DNA of 15,559 bases from an uncultured Candidatus Rokubacteria bacterium (GTDB lineage Bacteria; Methylomirabilota; Methylomirabilia; Rokubacteriales; CSP1-6), in assembly GCA_963747235.1 (NCBI GenBank), contig CAVVEU010000009.1, positions 1 through 15,559 of the forward strand, in the 5' to 3' direction. Under the pieces are notes generated by a model. That model saw nothing but the letters and a program-made list of their open reading frames with translations, had not been told where the DNA came from and ran no database searches. Position numbers and translations under genes: made by a program. Below, in pieces: positions 1 to 9,798 of this stretch (positions within the stretch are counted from its first letter, which is position 1; the number at the start of each line of letters is the position of its first letter).

Positions 1-6
1 TCACGA

Positions 7-44
7 CCCCTCACCCTGGCTCTCTCCCCTGAAGGGAGAGAGGA
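7..44 (+). repeat. REP-like palindromic interspersed repeat, copy 1
   Basis: CCCCTCACCCTGGCTCTCTCCCCTGAAGGGAGAGAGGA contains the hairpin CTCTCTCCC-CTGAA-GGGAGAGAG. It shares a consensus with the copies at 2517-2554 and 2570-2604 and lies just past the stop of the M48 gene. Confidence 0.8.
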
Positions 45-48
45 CCGC

Positions 49-756
49 CTAGCGCGGCGGCTTCGCCCGCGCGACCGGATTTGCCGCCGGCTTCGCCGGG
101 GCCTCCAGCGGGATCAGCGCGGCCAGCCGATCGTCGATCGTGGGGTGCGTGGCCAGCAAGCCCTCGAGCCCCTCGCGCTCCCGGGGCGTGTGGGCCGCGA
201 TGGCCTCGAGCGCGGTGGCCAGCGTCCGGCGGGGCGCCGCGTGGCCCATCGCGCGCAGGATCTCGACGGCCTTCTGGTCGGCCTGCAGCTCCTGGTGGCG
301 GCCGAAGGCGCGCACCACCAGCGGGTTGACCACGAAGTCGAGCAGACCCGCGCCCGGCGCGAAGATGCCGAGGGCGCCGAAGCTCGCGGTGAGCGACAGC
401 GACAGCTTCCGGCGCGTGCCCACGTGGCCCAGCACCTCGTGGGCCACCTCGTGCGCCACCACTGCCTCGATGATCGCGGCCGGCTGGCGCATGAGCCCGT
501 CGGTGAAGTAGAACGTGGCGTCCTCGTCGCTGTAGGCGGCCGCGGTGGGACTTTTGATGAAGGCGAACCCGTACCGCTGCGGGTCGTCGCCGCTCGCGAT
601 GGCGGCCCGGTGGAGGATGTGCGACATCCGGACGGTGGTCGGGTCGGCGGGCGAGGCATAGTAGGTGCCCTCGGGCGCGGAGGCGCAGGCCGAGAGCAGA
701 AGGCCTGCCGCGAGCGCCGTCACGCCGCTCCGGATCCCCACAGTCCGCGCCATCAT
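49..756 (-). CDS. M48 family zinc metallopeptidase, predicted lipoprotein
   Basis: Lipobox LLSAC after a basic/hydrophobic N-terminus, zincin motif HEVAHE, downstream E-x-x-AD (QELQADQ) and C-terminal THP...R typical of M48. Start is ATG 756 or 753. Confidence 0.85.
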   Translation of the reverse strand: MMARTVGIRSGVTALAAGLLLSACASAPEGTYYASPADPTTVRMSHILHRAAIASGDDPQRYGFAFIKSPTAAAYSDEDATFYFTDGLMRQPAAIIEAVVAHEVAHEVLGHVGTRRKLSLSLTASFGALGIFAPGAGLLDFVVNPLVVRAFGRHQELQADQKAVEILRAMGHAAPRRTLATALEAIAAHTPREREGLEGLLATHPTIDDRLAALIPLEAPAKPAANPVARAKPPR

Positions 757-894
757 CTTAGGTTAGAGGTTAGAGGGCGGCGCGGGCCAACCCCGCAGAA
801 ATAAGGAGCCCGGGCGGCCCCGAGGGTGGACCCACGGATGGGGGCGGGGCGCAGCGGCACCCTCACTGGGTAGGGGCGAAGGGTTCACACCCCC

Positions 895-925
895 GTGACA
901 TCCGCCGGGCACCGGCTGCTACACT
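895..925 (+). promoter_or_regulatory. Putative sigma70 promoter for msrPQ (extended -10)
   Basis: TG-C-TACACT at 917-925 and a weak GTGACA at 895-900 (19 nt spacer). RBS AGGAGG precedes ATG 951. Confidence 0.4.
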
Positions 926-950
926 CGACGGAACAGGAGGACGCGCAGAC

Positions 951-1916
951 ATGCTGATCAAGCGGGGCGGCGACATCAAGAGTGGGGAGATCACGGACCA
1001 GGCGCTGTACCTGAACCGGCGCGCCTTCATGACGGGCTCGGTGGCGGGTGCCGCCGCGCTGGCCCTGATGCCCCGGACGGCAAGGGCCGCCGCGCCGCCC
1101 GCCGCCGGCCAGCCCCTGGCGGCCGCCCGCAACAAGGCCTTCGACCTCGCGGACGCGACCACCAAGTTCCAGGACGCGACCACCTACAACAACTTCTACG
1201 AGTTCGGGGTCAACAAGGACGACCCGGCGCAGCTCGCGGGCACGCTCAAGCCGCGGCCGTGGAAGGTGCAGGTGGACGGGCTGGCCCTCAGGCCGGCGAC
1301 CTTCGACGTGGACGACATCCTCAAGATGGCGCCGCTCGAGGAGCGCGTCTACCGCCTGCGCTGCGTCGAGGGCTGGTCCATGGTGATCCCGTGGATCGGC
1401 TTCCCGCTCGCCGCGCTCCTGAAGCGCGTCGAGCCGACCGGCGCGGCCAAGTACGTGGAGTTCTCCACGCTCGTGGATCCCGAGCAGTTCCCCGGCCAGA
1501 AGAAGGGCCTGTTCAACTTCGGCGGGCTCGACTGGCCCTACACGGAAGGGCTGCGCCTCGACGAGGCGCTCCACCCGCTGACCCTGCTGACCGTCGGCAT
1601 GTACGGCCAGGTGCTGCCGAACCAGAACGGCGCGCCGATCCGCGTCGTCATTCCGTGGAAGTACGGGTTCAAGAGCGCCAAGTCGCTCGTCCGCATCCGG
1701 CTCACCGCCGATGAGCCGAAGACGGCGTGGAACAAGGCGGCGCCCCAGGAGTACGGCTTCTACTCCAACGTCAATCCCAAGGTGGATCACCCCCGCTGGA
1801 GCCAGGCGACCGAGCGGCGTATCGGCGAGTTCCGCCGTCGCGAGACCCTGATGTTCAACGGGTACGACCAGGTGGCGGGGCTCTACTCCGGGATGGATCT
1901 GAAGAAGCAGTACTAG
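951..1916 (+). CDS. msrP: Protein-methionine-sulfoxide reductase, molybdopterin catalytic subunit MsrP (YedY)
   Basis: Tat signal [29 protein letters not shown] (Mo-ligand Cys), [39 protein letters not shown]. Confidence 0.97.
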   Translation: MLIKRGGDIKSGEITDQALYLNRRAFMTGSVAGAAALALMPRTARAAAPPAAGQPLAAARNKAFDLADATTKFQDATTYNNFYEFGVNKDDPAQLAGTLKPRPWKVQVDGLALRPATFDVDDILKMAPLEERVYRLRCVEGWSMVIPWIGFPLAALLKRVEPTGAAKYVEFSTLVDPEQFPGQKKGLFNFGGLDWPYTEGLRLDEALHPLTLLTVGMYGQVLPNQNGAPIRVVIPWKYGFKSAKSLVRIRLTADEPKTAWNKAAPQEYGFYSNVNPKVDHPRWSQATERRIGEFRRRETLMFNGYDQVAGLYSGMDLKKQY

Positions 1917-1917
1917 G

Positions 1918-2559
1918 GTGACCCGCCGCGGCCGCGTCGCGCTGAAGGTCGCGGTGTGGGCCGCCGGCCTCGCGCCGCTCGCGTGGCTCCTCTATCGCGC
2001 GGCCACCGATGCCCTGACCGCCAACCCGATCAGCTTCATCACCAACTGGCTGGGCGACTGGACGCTGCGCATCCTGCTCGTGAGCCTGGCCATGACGCCG
2101 CTGCGGCTGCTCTTCCGCTGGTCCTGGCCGGTGGCGCTGCGCCGCCTGCTCGGCCTCTTCGCCTTCTTCTACGTCGTGCTGCACTTCTCGGTCTGGCTCG
2201 TGCTCGACCACTTCTTCGCGTGGGGCCAGATGGGCGCCGACATCGTCAAGCGGCCGTACATCACCATCGGGATGGCCGCCCTGGTGCTGATGATCCCGCT
2301 GGCCGCCACCTCGACCGCCGGCGCGATCCGGCGCCTCGGCGGGACACGGTGGCAGTGGCTGCACCGGCTGGTCTACGTGATCGGGGTCTGCGCGGTGCTG
2401 CACTACCTCTGGCTGGCCAAGAAGGCGAACCCCGACCCCTACTACTACGCGGCCGCCTTCATCCTGCTCATGGCGATCCGCGCCTGGGACTGGCTCCGCC
2501 GCGCGCTGCGGGCCGGCCCCTCACCCCGGCCCTCTCCCCAGCGGGGAGAGGGAGCGTAG
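1918..2559 (+). CDS. msrQ: Protein-methionine-sulfoxide reductase, heme-binding membrane subunit MsrQ (YedZ)
   Basis: GTG start 1 nt after the msrP stop. Multiple TM helices, RRLLGLFAFFY..LH, KRPYITIG, PLAATS, W..LHRLVY, LHYLW. Confidence 0.95.
   Translation: MTRRGRVALKVAVWAAGLAPLAWLLYRAATDALTANPISFITNWLGDWTLRILLVSLAMTPLRLLFRWSWPVALRRLLGLFAFFYVVLHFSVWLVLDHFFAWGQMGADIVKRPYITIGMAALVLMIPLAATSTAGAIRRLGGTRWQWLHRLVYVIGVCAVLHYLWLAKKANPDPYYYAAAFILLMAIRAWDWLRRALRAGPSPRPSPQRGEGA
2517..2554 (+). repeat. REP-like palindromic repeat, copy 2 (overlaps msrQ 3' end)
   Basis: CCCCTCACCCCGGCCCTCTCCCCAGCGGGGAGAGGGAG, with hairpin CCCTCTCCCC-AGC-GGGGAGAGGG. Confidence 0.85.
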
Positions 2560-2569
2560 AGACACGAAA

Positions 2570-2604
2570 CCCTCTCCCCAGAGGGGAGAGGGTAGGGTGA
2601 GGGG
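2570..2604 (-). repeat. REP-like palindromic repeat, copy 3 (inverted relative to copy 2)
   Basis: Reverse complement reads CCCCTCACCCTACCCTCTCCCCTCTGGGGAGAGGG. It forms an inverted doublet with copy 2 between convergent msrQ and nfu. Confidence 0.85.
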
Positions 2605-2634
2605 CTAGAAGTCGAGGGGGCTCGAGAGCTCGCG

Positions 2635-2913
2635 CTACTTCGACGGCTGGTAGTACGGGTTGTCGCCCGAGGCGTGGTCGGTGGTGTCCAGCACTTCCTC
2701 GATCTCGGGGAGCTCTTCCTTGATCAGCCGCTCGATGCCCTGCTTCAGCGTGACGTCCGCGGCCCCGCAGCCCTGGCAGCCGCCGCCCATCTGCAAATAC
2801 ACCTTGTTGTCCTTGACGTCCACGAGCTGGACGAACCCGCCGTGCCCGGCGACGGCCGGGTTGATCATGTTCTCGATCAGGTCCTGCACCTTGGTCATCA
2901 GATCGTCGCTCAT
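2635..2913 (-). CDS. NifU/Nfu-family Fe-S cluster carrier (stand-alone NfuA C-terminal-like domain)
   Basis: INPAVAGHGGFVQLV, MGGGCQGCG (CxxC), TLKQGIE, DTTDHASGDNPYY. ATG at 2913 has a GGAGG RBS and is preferred over the GTG at 2937. Confidence 0.92.
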   Translation of the reverse strand: MSDDLMTKVQDLIENMINPAVAGHGGFVQLVDVKDNKVYLQMGGGCQGCGAADVTLKQGIERLIKEELPEIEEVLDTTDHASGDNPYYQPSK

Positions 2914-2951
2914 AGGGGCCTCCGCGAGGACTGTCACGCTACACGGTTACT

Positions 2952-5900
2952 CTACCCGAACTTGCGGCCCAGGGCCAATCCCACGGGAAGCCCGTCGGAG
3001 CCGCCATCGAGGGCGGCCCGGACGGCCCGGGCCAGGGCCGGCGGCGTGAACGGCTTCTGGAGGAGCGCCGCGAGCGGCTCGGTCTTGCCCCCGGAGGAGG
3101 CCATCTCGTCCGTGTAGCCCGAGATGTAGAGCAGGCGCAGGTCGGGGAGCTGCCCGCGAAGCTGGGCGGCGAGCGCCGAGCCCCGGATGGTCGGCATGAC
3201 CATGTCGGTGACGAGGAGGTCGATCTCCCCACCGCGTCGCGCGGCGATGGTGAGGGCCTCGCGCGGATCCCCGGTGGCCAGCACCGTGTACCCGCACGAC
3301 TCCAGCACGTCGAGGGCGAGCTGGCGCACCTCGGTCTCGTCCTCGACGAGGAGGATGGTCTCGCTTCCCCCGACCATCGCCACGTCCTCCTTGACGCCCG
3401 GTGGCGTCGGCGTGGGCGTCTCCGTCCGCGGCAGGTAGATCGTGAACGTGGTGCCGCGCCCGGGCGCGCTGTCCACGCCGATGTGGCCGCCGCTCTGGTG
3501 GACGATGCCGTACACCGTCGAGAGTCCGAGGCCCGTGCCCTTGCCCGGCTCCTTGGTCGTGAAGAACGGCTCGAAGATCTTGGCCAGGGTCGCCGGGTCC
3601 ATGCCGCATCCCGCGTCCTGAACGCGCACCGCGACGTAGTCGCCCGGCGGGATCCGTCCCTCGAGGTGCTCCTTGGCCTCCACGAGGTTCACGTGCCGGG
3701 TATGCGACCGTCAGGACTCCGCCGTCCGGCATCGCGTCGCGCGCGTTGACGACGAGGTTCATGACGACCTGCTCGATCTGCCCGGGATCGGCCATCACCT
3801 GGCCGAGATCGCCTCCGGGGGCGATGACCAGATCCATGTGCTCGCCGATCAATCGGCGGAGCATCGGCGCGAGCCCGCCGACGAGCGCGTTCAGGTCGAG
3901 CGGCTCCGGCTGCAGCACCTGCTTGCGGCTGAACGCGAGGAGCTGGCGGGTCAGGCCCGCGGCGCGCTCGGCGGCCTGGTTCACCAGCTCCACCTCCCGG
4001 CGGCCCGGGTCGCCGGCGTCCGCCCGCGCGAGGAAGACCTGGCTCCGCCCGATGATGATGGTGAGCAAGTTGTTGAAGTCGTGTGCGACCCCGCCCGCGA
4101 GCTGGCCGATCGCCTCCATCTTCTGCGACTGGATGAGCTGGTCCCGGGTCTCGGAGAGCGCCCGTAGCGCGTCCTGCGTCTCTTGGTAGAGGCGGCTGTT
4201 CTCGAGCGCGATGGCCGCCTGCGCGGCGAAAGCCATCGCGATCTCGACGTCGCCCGATGAGAAGCTGCCTTCCCGCGTGATCCGGATCGTCAGCACCCCG
4301 GTTATCCTCTCGTCGACCTTGACCGGCACACCGAGGAAGGCCCGGATGCCCGCCCGGCGGTAGCTCTCCCGATTGAGGGGGTTGAGCCGCGGGTCGTTGG
4401 CGGGGTCGTCGACGATCAGCGGCTCGCCGGTGACGGCCACGATCCCGGTCAGGCTCTCACCGACCTTGATCGCGGGCGTCGGCATGAGGTCTCCCCAGGT
4501 GCCACAGACTTGCAGCTCGTCGCCGGCGAGGAGCCGGAACGACGCGGATTCCGCGTCGAACAGGTGGCCGCACGCCTCCGCGACTCGGTTCAGCAGAGGC
4601 TCTACCGGCTGAATGCGCGACAGCTCCCGTCCGATGGTGAGCAGCGCCTCGAGCCGCCTCTGGCGCGTCTGCAGCTCGCCGACGAGACGGGCGTGAGCGA
4701 GGGCGATGCCGGCCTGACGGCTGATCCCCTGGACTAGCTGTACCTCGGGGGCGCCAAATCGATGCTCGCGCTCGATCCAGATGACGAAGATGCCTCCGAT
4801 CGGCTCTCCGTGAACCACCAGCGGAGAGAACAGGCTTGACCGATGTGGCAACCGGCGAAGGAATCCCTGATCCACGCGCGGGTCGCTCGCCACGTCGGCG
4901 ACCGCGACGGCTCTGCGCTGCTCCCAGGCTTCTTCAACGATGCGATGGCCCTTCAGTGGAATGGGCGTCACCATGAAATCGCCCAGCAGGTGCCTGGACA
5001 CGTGATAGCCCGCGATGGGGCGCAGCGTGACGTGCCCGGCGTCGGCCAGGAACACCCCCACCATGTCCGCGCCCAGCGCCAGTCCGGTTTCCTGCGCGAC
5101 CCGGCGCATCATCTCGGTGACGTCGAGTATCCCGTTGACTTGCCCGCTCACCGTGAGCATGGTCGTGCTCTGGTCTCGGCTCTCATCCAGGGCCACCTCG
5201 GCCTTCTCGCGGCCCGTCACGTCACGGATCACGCCCACGATCGACGTCTCGGTGTCGGTCGGCCAGGCCCAGAACCGCGCTTCCACTGGGAAGGCGTTTC
5301 GGTGGTGGGCGAGGCCGGTCAGGTTTATCGTCCTCGCGGTCCCGCGCGGGCCGCCGCCCGCGTGGAGAAGTCTCTCGATCTCTGCTTCCAGCCCGGGATG
5401 GTCGCTCGGGCTGATCATCTGGCTCAGGTGTCGTCCGGCCATCTCCTGCGCGGAGAGACCGAACAAGGTGGCCGCGCTCATGTTCCACCGCCTGATCCGG
5501 CCGGTCGAATCCAGGATCAGGACGGCGTCCGGCGCGGAGTCCATGATCGCGAGCAAGCGCTCTTCACTGCGCTCGAGCGTGCGGATCCGCAGGACGCGGA
5601 GGATGACGTAGAGCCCGATCGCCAGCAGCCCCGACGCGAGGGCCGCGCCGGCCGTCCAGGTCACGATGGCGGTGAGGGATCGCGCGACGCGAATCTCGCC
5701 TATCCGCTTGCCCGAGTCGAGAAGCGGCTGGGAGCGGACAAGCTGGAAGGTCGGGTCATCGGAGCCCACGGTGACGATCGGCCGTCCCTGCGCGTCGAGG
5801 ACCTGCCAGACTTCGGGGATCGCGGTGGACACGTGCCGCGTCACGATGTCTTCGATGCGATGGACCTGGAGATGCCAGAGATACGGCGCGGAATCCGCCA

Positions 5901-6069
5901 GGCGGTTGACGTGACTGACCGCGATCGCGAGTGTCGCCTCTACCGCGCCGGCTTCGTGCTCGTAGCCGACGGCGAGGAACGCAGCCGGCGGGACGCCGGC
6001 CACGAGGAAGGCGGTCGCCAGCGCAAGTCGCCTGGTAACCCGAGCGACTTGTGCCGTAGGGGCGGGCAT
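2952..6069 (-). CDS. Membrane-bound hybrid sensor histidine kinase (2 TM, PAS, 2 GAF, HisKA, HATPase, REC); one frameshift near 3702
   Basis: ORF 2947..6069 supplies TM, PAS (DSAPDAVL..WN.SAA.LFG), GAF-GAF, H-box AHDFNNLL and N-box NLVVNARDAM. ORF 2952..3692 supplies DAGCGM, FEPFFTTK, GTGLGL and REC (LLVEDE, LLVTDMVMP, QKPF). Removing one base near 3702 joins them (VLTVA-TRHVNLVE), about 1038 aa. Confidence 0.9.
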
Positions 6070-6414
6070 CAGGGTGACGGCCGGGCCGGGAGAGGGAGGA
6101 AACTGGCGGCCAGCGTCGGGGGGCCGAGCGCTCCTGGCACGCTGACGGCCGCGTCCGGGCCGGTGGTCGCGACCAGCATGCCGTCCCGCTTGAGAGCCGT
6201 TTCCCTTGCTGCCACTGCCACGAAAGCCCCTTCACTTCGACCCGGCAATCAGCGCTGCGGGCCGATCCTATCCACCTGTCAGGGGGCATCCGTCATGCCA
6301 CGGCGGCCCTCGCCGGCGCGGCCTCTATCTGGATGTCCTGACCTCGATAGACTGGCTCCCGGCCTGGCGCCGGGTAGAAACCGCGCAAGGACGCCACGTG
6401 ACTGCCGCCTTCCG

Positions 6415-7953
6415 TCACCGCGCGATCTCGCCGACCACGCGGACGCGGGTGCGCAGCGAGTTGCCGGGCAGGTAGGCGAGCGGCAGGTCCTCGACCTCGA
6501 CCACGTTGATGGTGGCCCGGTCGGCGCCGGCCGCCACCGCCTTGTCCTCGGCGGCCCGGCGGGCGCGCGCGATGGCCTCGTCCCGGGTGAGGTCCTGGAA
6601 GATCTGGTCCACCTCGCCGCTCACCTGGGCGATCGCGGCGCCCACCGCGTTGGCCACCGCCTGGTGCGGCACGTTGAGCACCTCGGAGACGCCGGCCAGG
6701 CGCGGCGGCACCAGGAACGAGCCGCCGCCCACCGCGATCAGCGGGGCGTCGCCCGCGTCGGTCTTCATGCGGTCCACGCCCTCCTCGATCATGGCGCGGA
6801 TGCGCGCGAGCGCCTCGGTCACCAGCGCGGCGGGCAGCGAGGCCACCCGCTTGCGGTCGCCCAGGTCGATGAGCCCGGCGGCGACCGCGACGTCGGTGAC
6901 GGTGAGGACGTCGCCGCCGAAGACGAGCGCCTGCTCGGTGAGGCGATAGCCGACGCTGGCCGGCCCGATCGTGAGGGCCGGCTCGGTCAGGACGCGCGTC
7001 CCGCCGCCCAGGCCCAGCGAGAGCAGATCGGGCATGCGGAACAGCGTGCGCACCCCGCCGATCTCCACGACGCTGTTCGCCTCACGCGGGAAGCCGTGGC
7101 GCAGGCTGCCGATGTCGGTGGTGGTGCCGCCCACGTCGATCACGAGGGCCTCGTCGCGCTTGGACAGGAAGGCGGCGCCGCGCATCGAGTTGGTCGGCCC
7201 CGACGCGAAGGAGTAGACCGGGTACTCCTCCGCCACCTCGGCCAGCATGACGGTGCCGTCGTTCTGGGTGAGGTAGAGCGGCGCCGCGATGCCGCTCGCG
7301 CGCAGCGCCTCGCTGAACGCCCGCGTGGTCTTCCGGGCCAGCTCGATGAGGCAGGCGTTGAGCAGCGCCGCGTTCTCGCGCTCGAGCAGGCCGATGCGGC
7401 CGAGCCGGTGCGACAGGGTGACCGCGACGTCCGGGCATTCCTCGCGGACGATGGCGGCGGCCTCCTCCTCGCACGAGGCGTTCAGCGGCGAGAACACCGC
7501 GGCGATGGCGACCGAGCGGATGCCGGCGTCGCGGATCCGCCGCGCCGCCGCGCGCATGCCCTTGCCGTCGAACGGGACGAGCGGGCGGCCGTCGAACTCG
7601 TGGCCGCCCTCCAGCATCACCACCTCGGCGCGCACCAGCTCGGCCAGGTCCTCCGGCCAGTCCACGAAGGGCGGCAGCGAGGCGCCCGAGGGCAGGCCGA
7701 TGCGCACCGCGGCGACGCGGCCCAGGTCGCGCCGCTGCACCACCGCGTTGGTGAAGTGGGTGGTGCCGATCATCACCGCGTGGGCCTCGCGGGCGCCGGG
7801 CGCCTGCTCCACCAGGGCGGCGAGGGCGCGGGTGATCCCGGTCGTCACGTCCGGCGTGGTGGGCGTCTTCACCCCCGCGGCCACCGCGTCGTCTTCGAGG
7901 AGGACCGCGTCGGTGTTGGTCCCGCCCACGTCGATGCCGATGCGCCGTCTCAC
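6415..7953 (-). CDS. Hydantoinase A / 5-oxoprolinase-family ATP-dependent subunit
   Basis: GIDVGGTNTD, IGTTHFTNA, GGHEFDG, LERENAALLNA, SGPTNS, DVGGTTTD, ANAVGAA. The true start is GTG 7953, overlapping the upstream TGA (GTGA). The 866-aa ORF in the track is an artefactual extension. Confidence 0.9.
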   Translation of the reverse strand: MRRRIGIDVGGTNTDAVLLEDDAVAAGVKTPTTPDVTTGITRALAALVEQAPGAREAHAVMIGTTHFTNAVVQRRDLGRVAAVRIGLPSGASLPPFVDWPEDLAELVRAEVVMLEGGHEFDGRPLVPFDGKGMRAAARRIRDAGIRSVAIAAVFSPLNASCEEEAAAIVREECPDVAVTLSHRLGRIGLLERENAALLNACLIELARKTTRAFSEALRASGIAAPLYLTQNDGTVMLAEVAEEYPVYSFASGPTNSMRGAAFLSKRDEALVIDVGGTTTDIGSLRHGFPREANSVVEIGGVRTLFRMPDLLSLGLGGGTRVLTEPALTIGPASVGYRLTEQALVFGGDVLTVTDVAVAAGLIDLGDRKRVASLPAALVTEALARIRAMIEEGVDRMKTDAGDAPLIAVGGGSFLVPPRLAGVSEVLNVPHQAVANAVGAAIAQVSGEVDQIFQDLTRDEAIARARRAAEDKAVAAGADRATINVVEVEDLPLAYLPGNSLRTRVRVVGEIAR

Positions 7954-9026
7954 GCGAACACCGAGCGGAAGTCGAGATCGTAGCCGAAGGCGCGCGGGCC
8001 GACGTGCTCGATCCCCTTCGGGGTCAGCAGGATCGGCGGCGCGGGCAGCGCGATGACGGTGACCCGCTGGCCGTAGCGCAGCAGCTCGGTGCCGATCGCG
8101 TCGCCGGCCACCGTGTCGAGCACGCAGATGAGATCGGGCGTCATGACCCGCGGCACGTCGTCGAGCCAGCCCACCGCGAACTCGTTCTGGAAGGCGAGCT
8201 TGAAGGTGTGGCCGCGGAACTGGTCGAGGCCCTCGATGGTCGCGGTGCCGCGGAGGAAGCCCTCGGTGGTGCGCCGGGCGATGTCGTGGATCTTGCCGCT
8301 GAAGATCTTGATGCCGGCCTCGACCTCGAGCACCGCGTCGATCGGATCGCGGTGGGCCCGCCGCGCGGCCTGGACCGCCCGGCCGATGCCGATGGCCTTG
8401 GTGGTGGAGCCCAGGATCGCGCACTCCTTGATCTCCTTGCCGGTGCGCGGGGCCTTGCAGGTGGAGGCGATCGAGCCGACCTCCACGCAGGCCTTGCGGC
8501 TGATGCGCTCCATCCACTTCCAGGAGGCCGCGCGCGCCACCACCACCGCGTTGTCGCGCACGTCGGCCAGGGTGAGCGGGTACATCTTGAGATCGTGGAT
8601 GGCGAAGCTGGTCATCTGGGCTTCGGGGAACGCGCGCCCCATGCAGTCGCCGTCGATCACCGGCAGGTCCAGCATCGCGGCGGCCATGAAGGGCTGGATG
8701 GAGTTGCCGCCGCCGATCTCGAGCGACATCACCGCGCGGAACTTCCGCCCGAGGTACTCCTCCATCATGGTGACGGCCAGCGCCATCGTCTTCGGATCGG
8801 TGAGGCGCTCCTGGCCGACCAGCGGCGCGCCCATGTTCGACACCACCGCCACCAGGTCGTCGTCGGCCAGCTCGGAGGCGTCCATGAGCTGGCACACCAC
8901 GCCCTTGCCGGTAGAGCTGGCGCATGTTGAGCAGCGCCAGGTACGGGCTGCCGCCGCCGCCGGTGCCCAGGATCCAGGCGCCGATGGCCAGGCTCTCGAT
9001 CTCTTCCGCGGCCACCGGTCTCGCAT
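7950..9026 (-). CDS. DUF917-family protein; two compensating frameshifts (about 9020 and 8905)
   Basis: N-terminus LAIGAWILGTGGGGSPY is in one frame. MGAP..ER, EIGGGNS, DGDCMGRAFPE, FQNEF, PDLICVLD, LRYGQRV and GPRAFGYD are in the other. ATG 9026 overlaps the upstream stop (TGATG). Confidence 0.88.
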   Translation of the reverse strand: MRDRWPRKRSRAWPSAPGSWAPAAAAARTWRCSTCASSTGKGVVCQLMDASELADDDLVAVVSNMGAPLVGQERLTDPKTMALAVTMMEEYLGRKFRAVMSLEIGGGNSIQPFMAAAMLDLPVIDGDCMGRAFPEAQMTSFAIHDLKMYPLTLADVRDNAVVVARAASWKWMERISRKACVEVGSIASTCKAPRTGKEIKECAILGSTTKAIGIGRAVQAARRAHRDPIDAVLEVEAGIKIFSGKIHDIARRTTEGFLRGTATIEGLDQFRGHTFKLAFQNEFAVGWLDDVPRVMTPDLICVLDTVAGDAIGTELLRYGQRVTVIALPAPPILLTPKGIEHVGPRAFGYDLDFRSVFA

Positions 9027-9798
9027 CAGAAGCCGGTGAACTCCTCGAGCCCCATGAAGCGCGCGATGCCCAGGACGAGCACCAGGGCCACCCCGATGGC
9101 GAAGGCGGACACCGCGGCCGCGGTGGGGTCGAAGGAGTACTTGAGATAGGCGAAGAGCTCGATCGGGAGCGGGGTCAGCTTCGCGCTGGTCAGGAAGAGC
9201 GACAGCGTGAAGTTGTCGAAGGAGATCGCGAAGGCGAAGATCGCGCCCGCCACCACGCCCGGCTTGATCACCCCCAGCGTGATCTCGAAGAACGCGCGCA
9301 CCGGGTGGGCGCCCAGGCTCTGGGCCGCCTCCTCGAGCGCCATGTCGAAGTGGGTGAGGGTGGCGGTGACGGTGCGGATCACGTAGGGCGTGGTCACCAC
9401 GATGTGGCCGATGAGGAGCGCCCGTAGGAGGCCTGCATCTTCAGCAGCGTGTAGAACTGGAGCAGCGCCACCCCGGTGAGGATCTGCGGCAGCAGCAGCG
9501 GCGAGGTCACGAACGCGTTCAGCAGGTCGCGGCCGCGGAAGCGCCCGCGCACCAGCACGATGGCGGCCGCGGTCCCGATCACGGTGGACGCGAGCGCGGT
9601 CCAGATCGCCAGCTCGGTGGAGAGCCAGAGCGCCTGCATGAACTCCCGCCGCTGGAAGAAGTTGGCGAACCACTTGAGCGAGAAGCCCTGGGGCGGAAAC
9701 GTGAAGTAGTTGCCCGCGTTGAACGCGGCCAGCACCACGACGACCATCGGGAGCAGCAGGAAGGCGTAGACCAGCCCGACGACCGATCGGAGGATCAC
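9026..9798 (-). CDS. ABC transporter permease (PotC-like); frameshift near 9422
   Basis: FPPQGFSLKWF and SPLLLPQILTGVALL in ORF 9394..9798. LLIGHIVVTTPYVIR, EAA loop LEEAAQSLGA, SFDNF and PLPIE in ORF 9026..9829. Adding one base joins them. Confidence 0.9.

Noticed and set aside
780-950. Moco riboswitch upstream of molybdoenzyme msrP
   Set aside because: No recognisable Moco consensus elements; only generic GC-rich hairpins.
7-2604. Palindromic repeats as a CRISPR array
   Set aside because: They are dispersed or inverted rather than regularly spaced direct repeats, with no spacers or cas genes.
6340-6410. GTTTCTACC on the minus strand resembling the purine riboswitch core
   Set aside because: The flanking P1-P3 stems and loop motifs (TATAAT..., ATATGG, CCGTAAA) are absent.
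4843-7983. 1046-aa plus-strand ORF and other long antisense or alternate-frame ORFs
   Set aside because: These are shadows of real minus-strand genes in high-GC DNA, with Arg/Gly/Ala-rich low-information sequence and no motifs.
6415-9015. Apparent 866-aa DUF917-hydantoinase fusion
   Set aside because: The middle part is off-frame DUF917 sequence caused by the indel near 8905. DUF917 has its own TGA overlapping the hydantoinase GTG.
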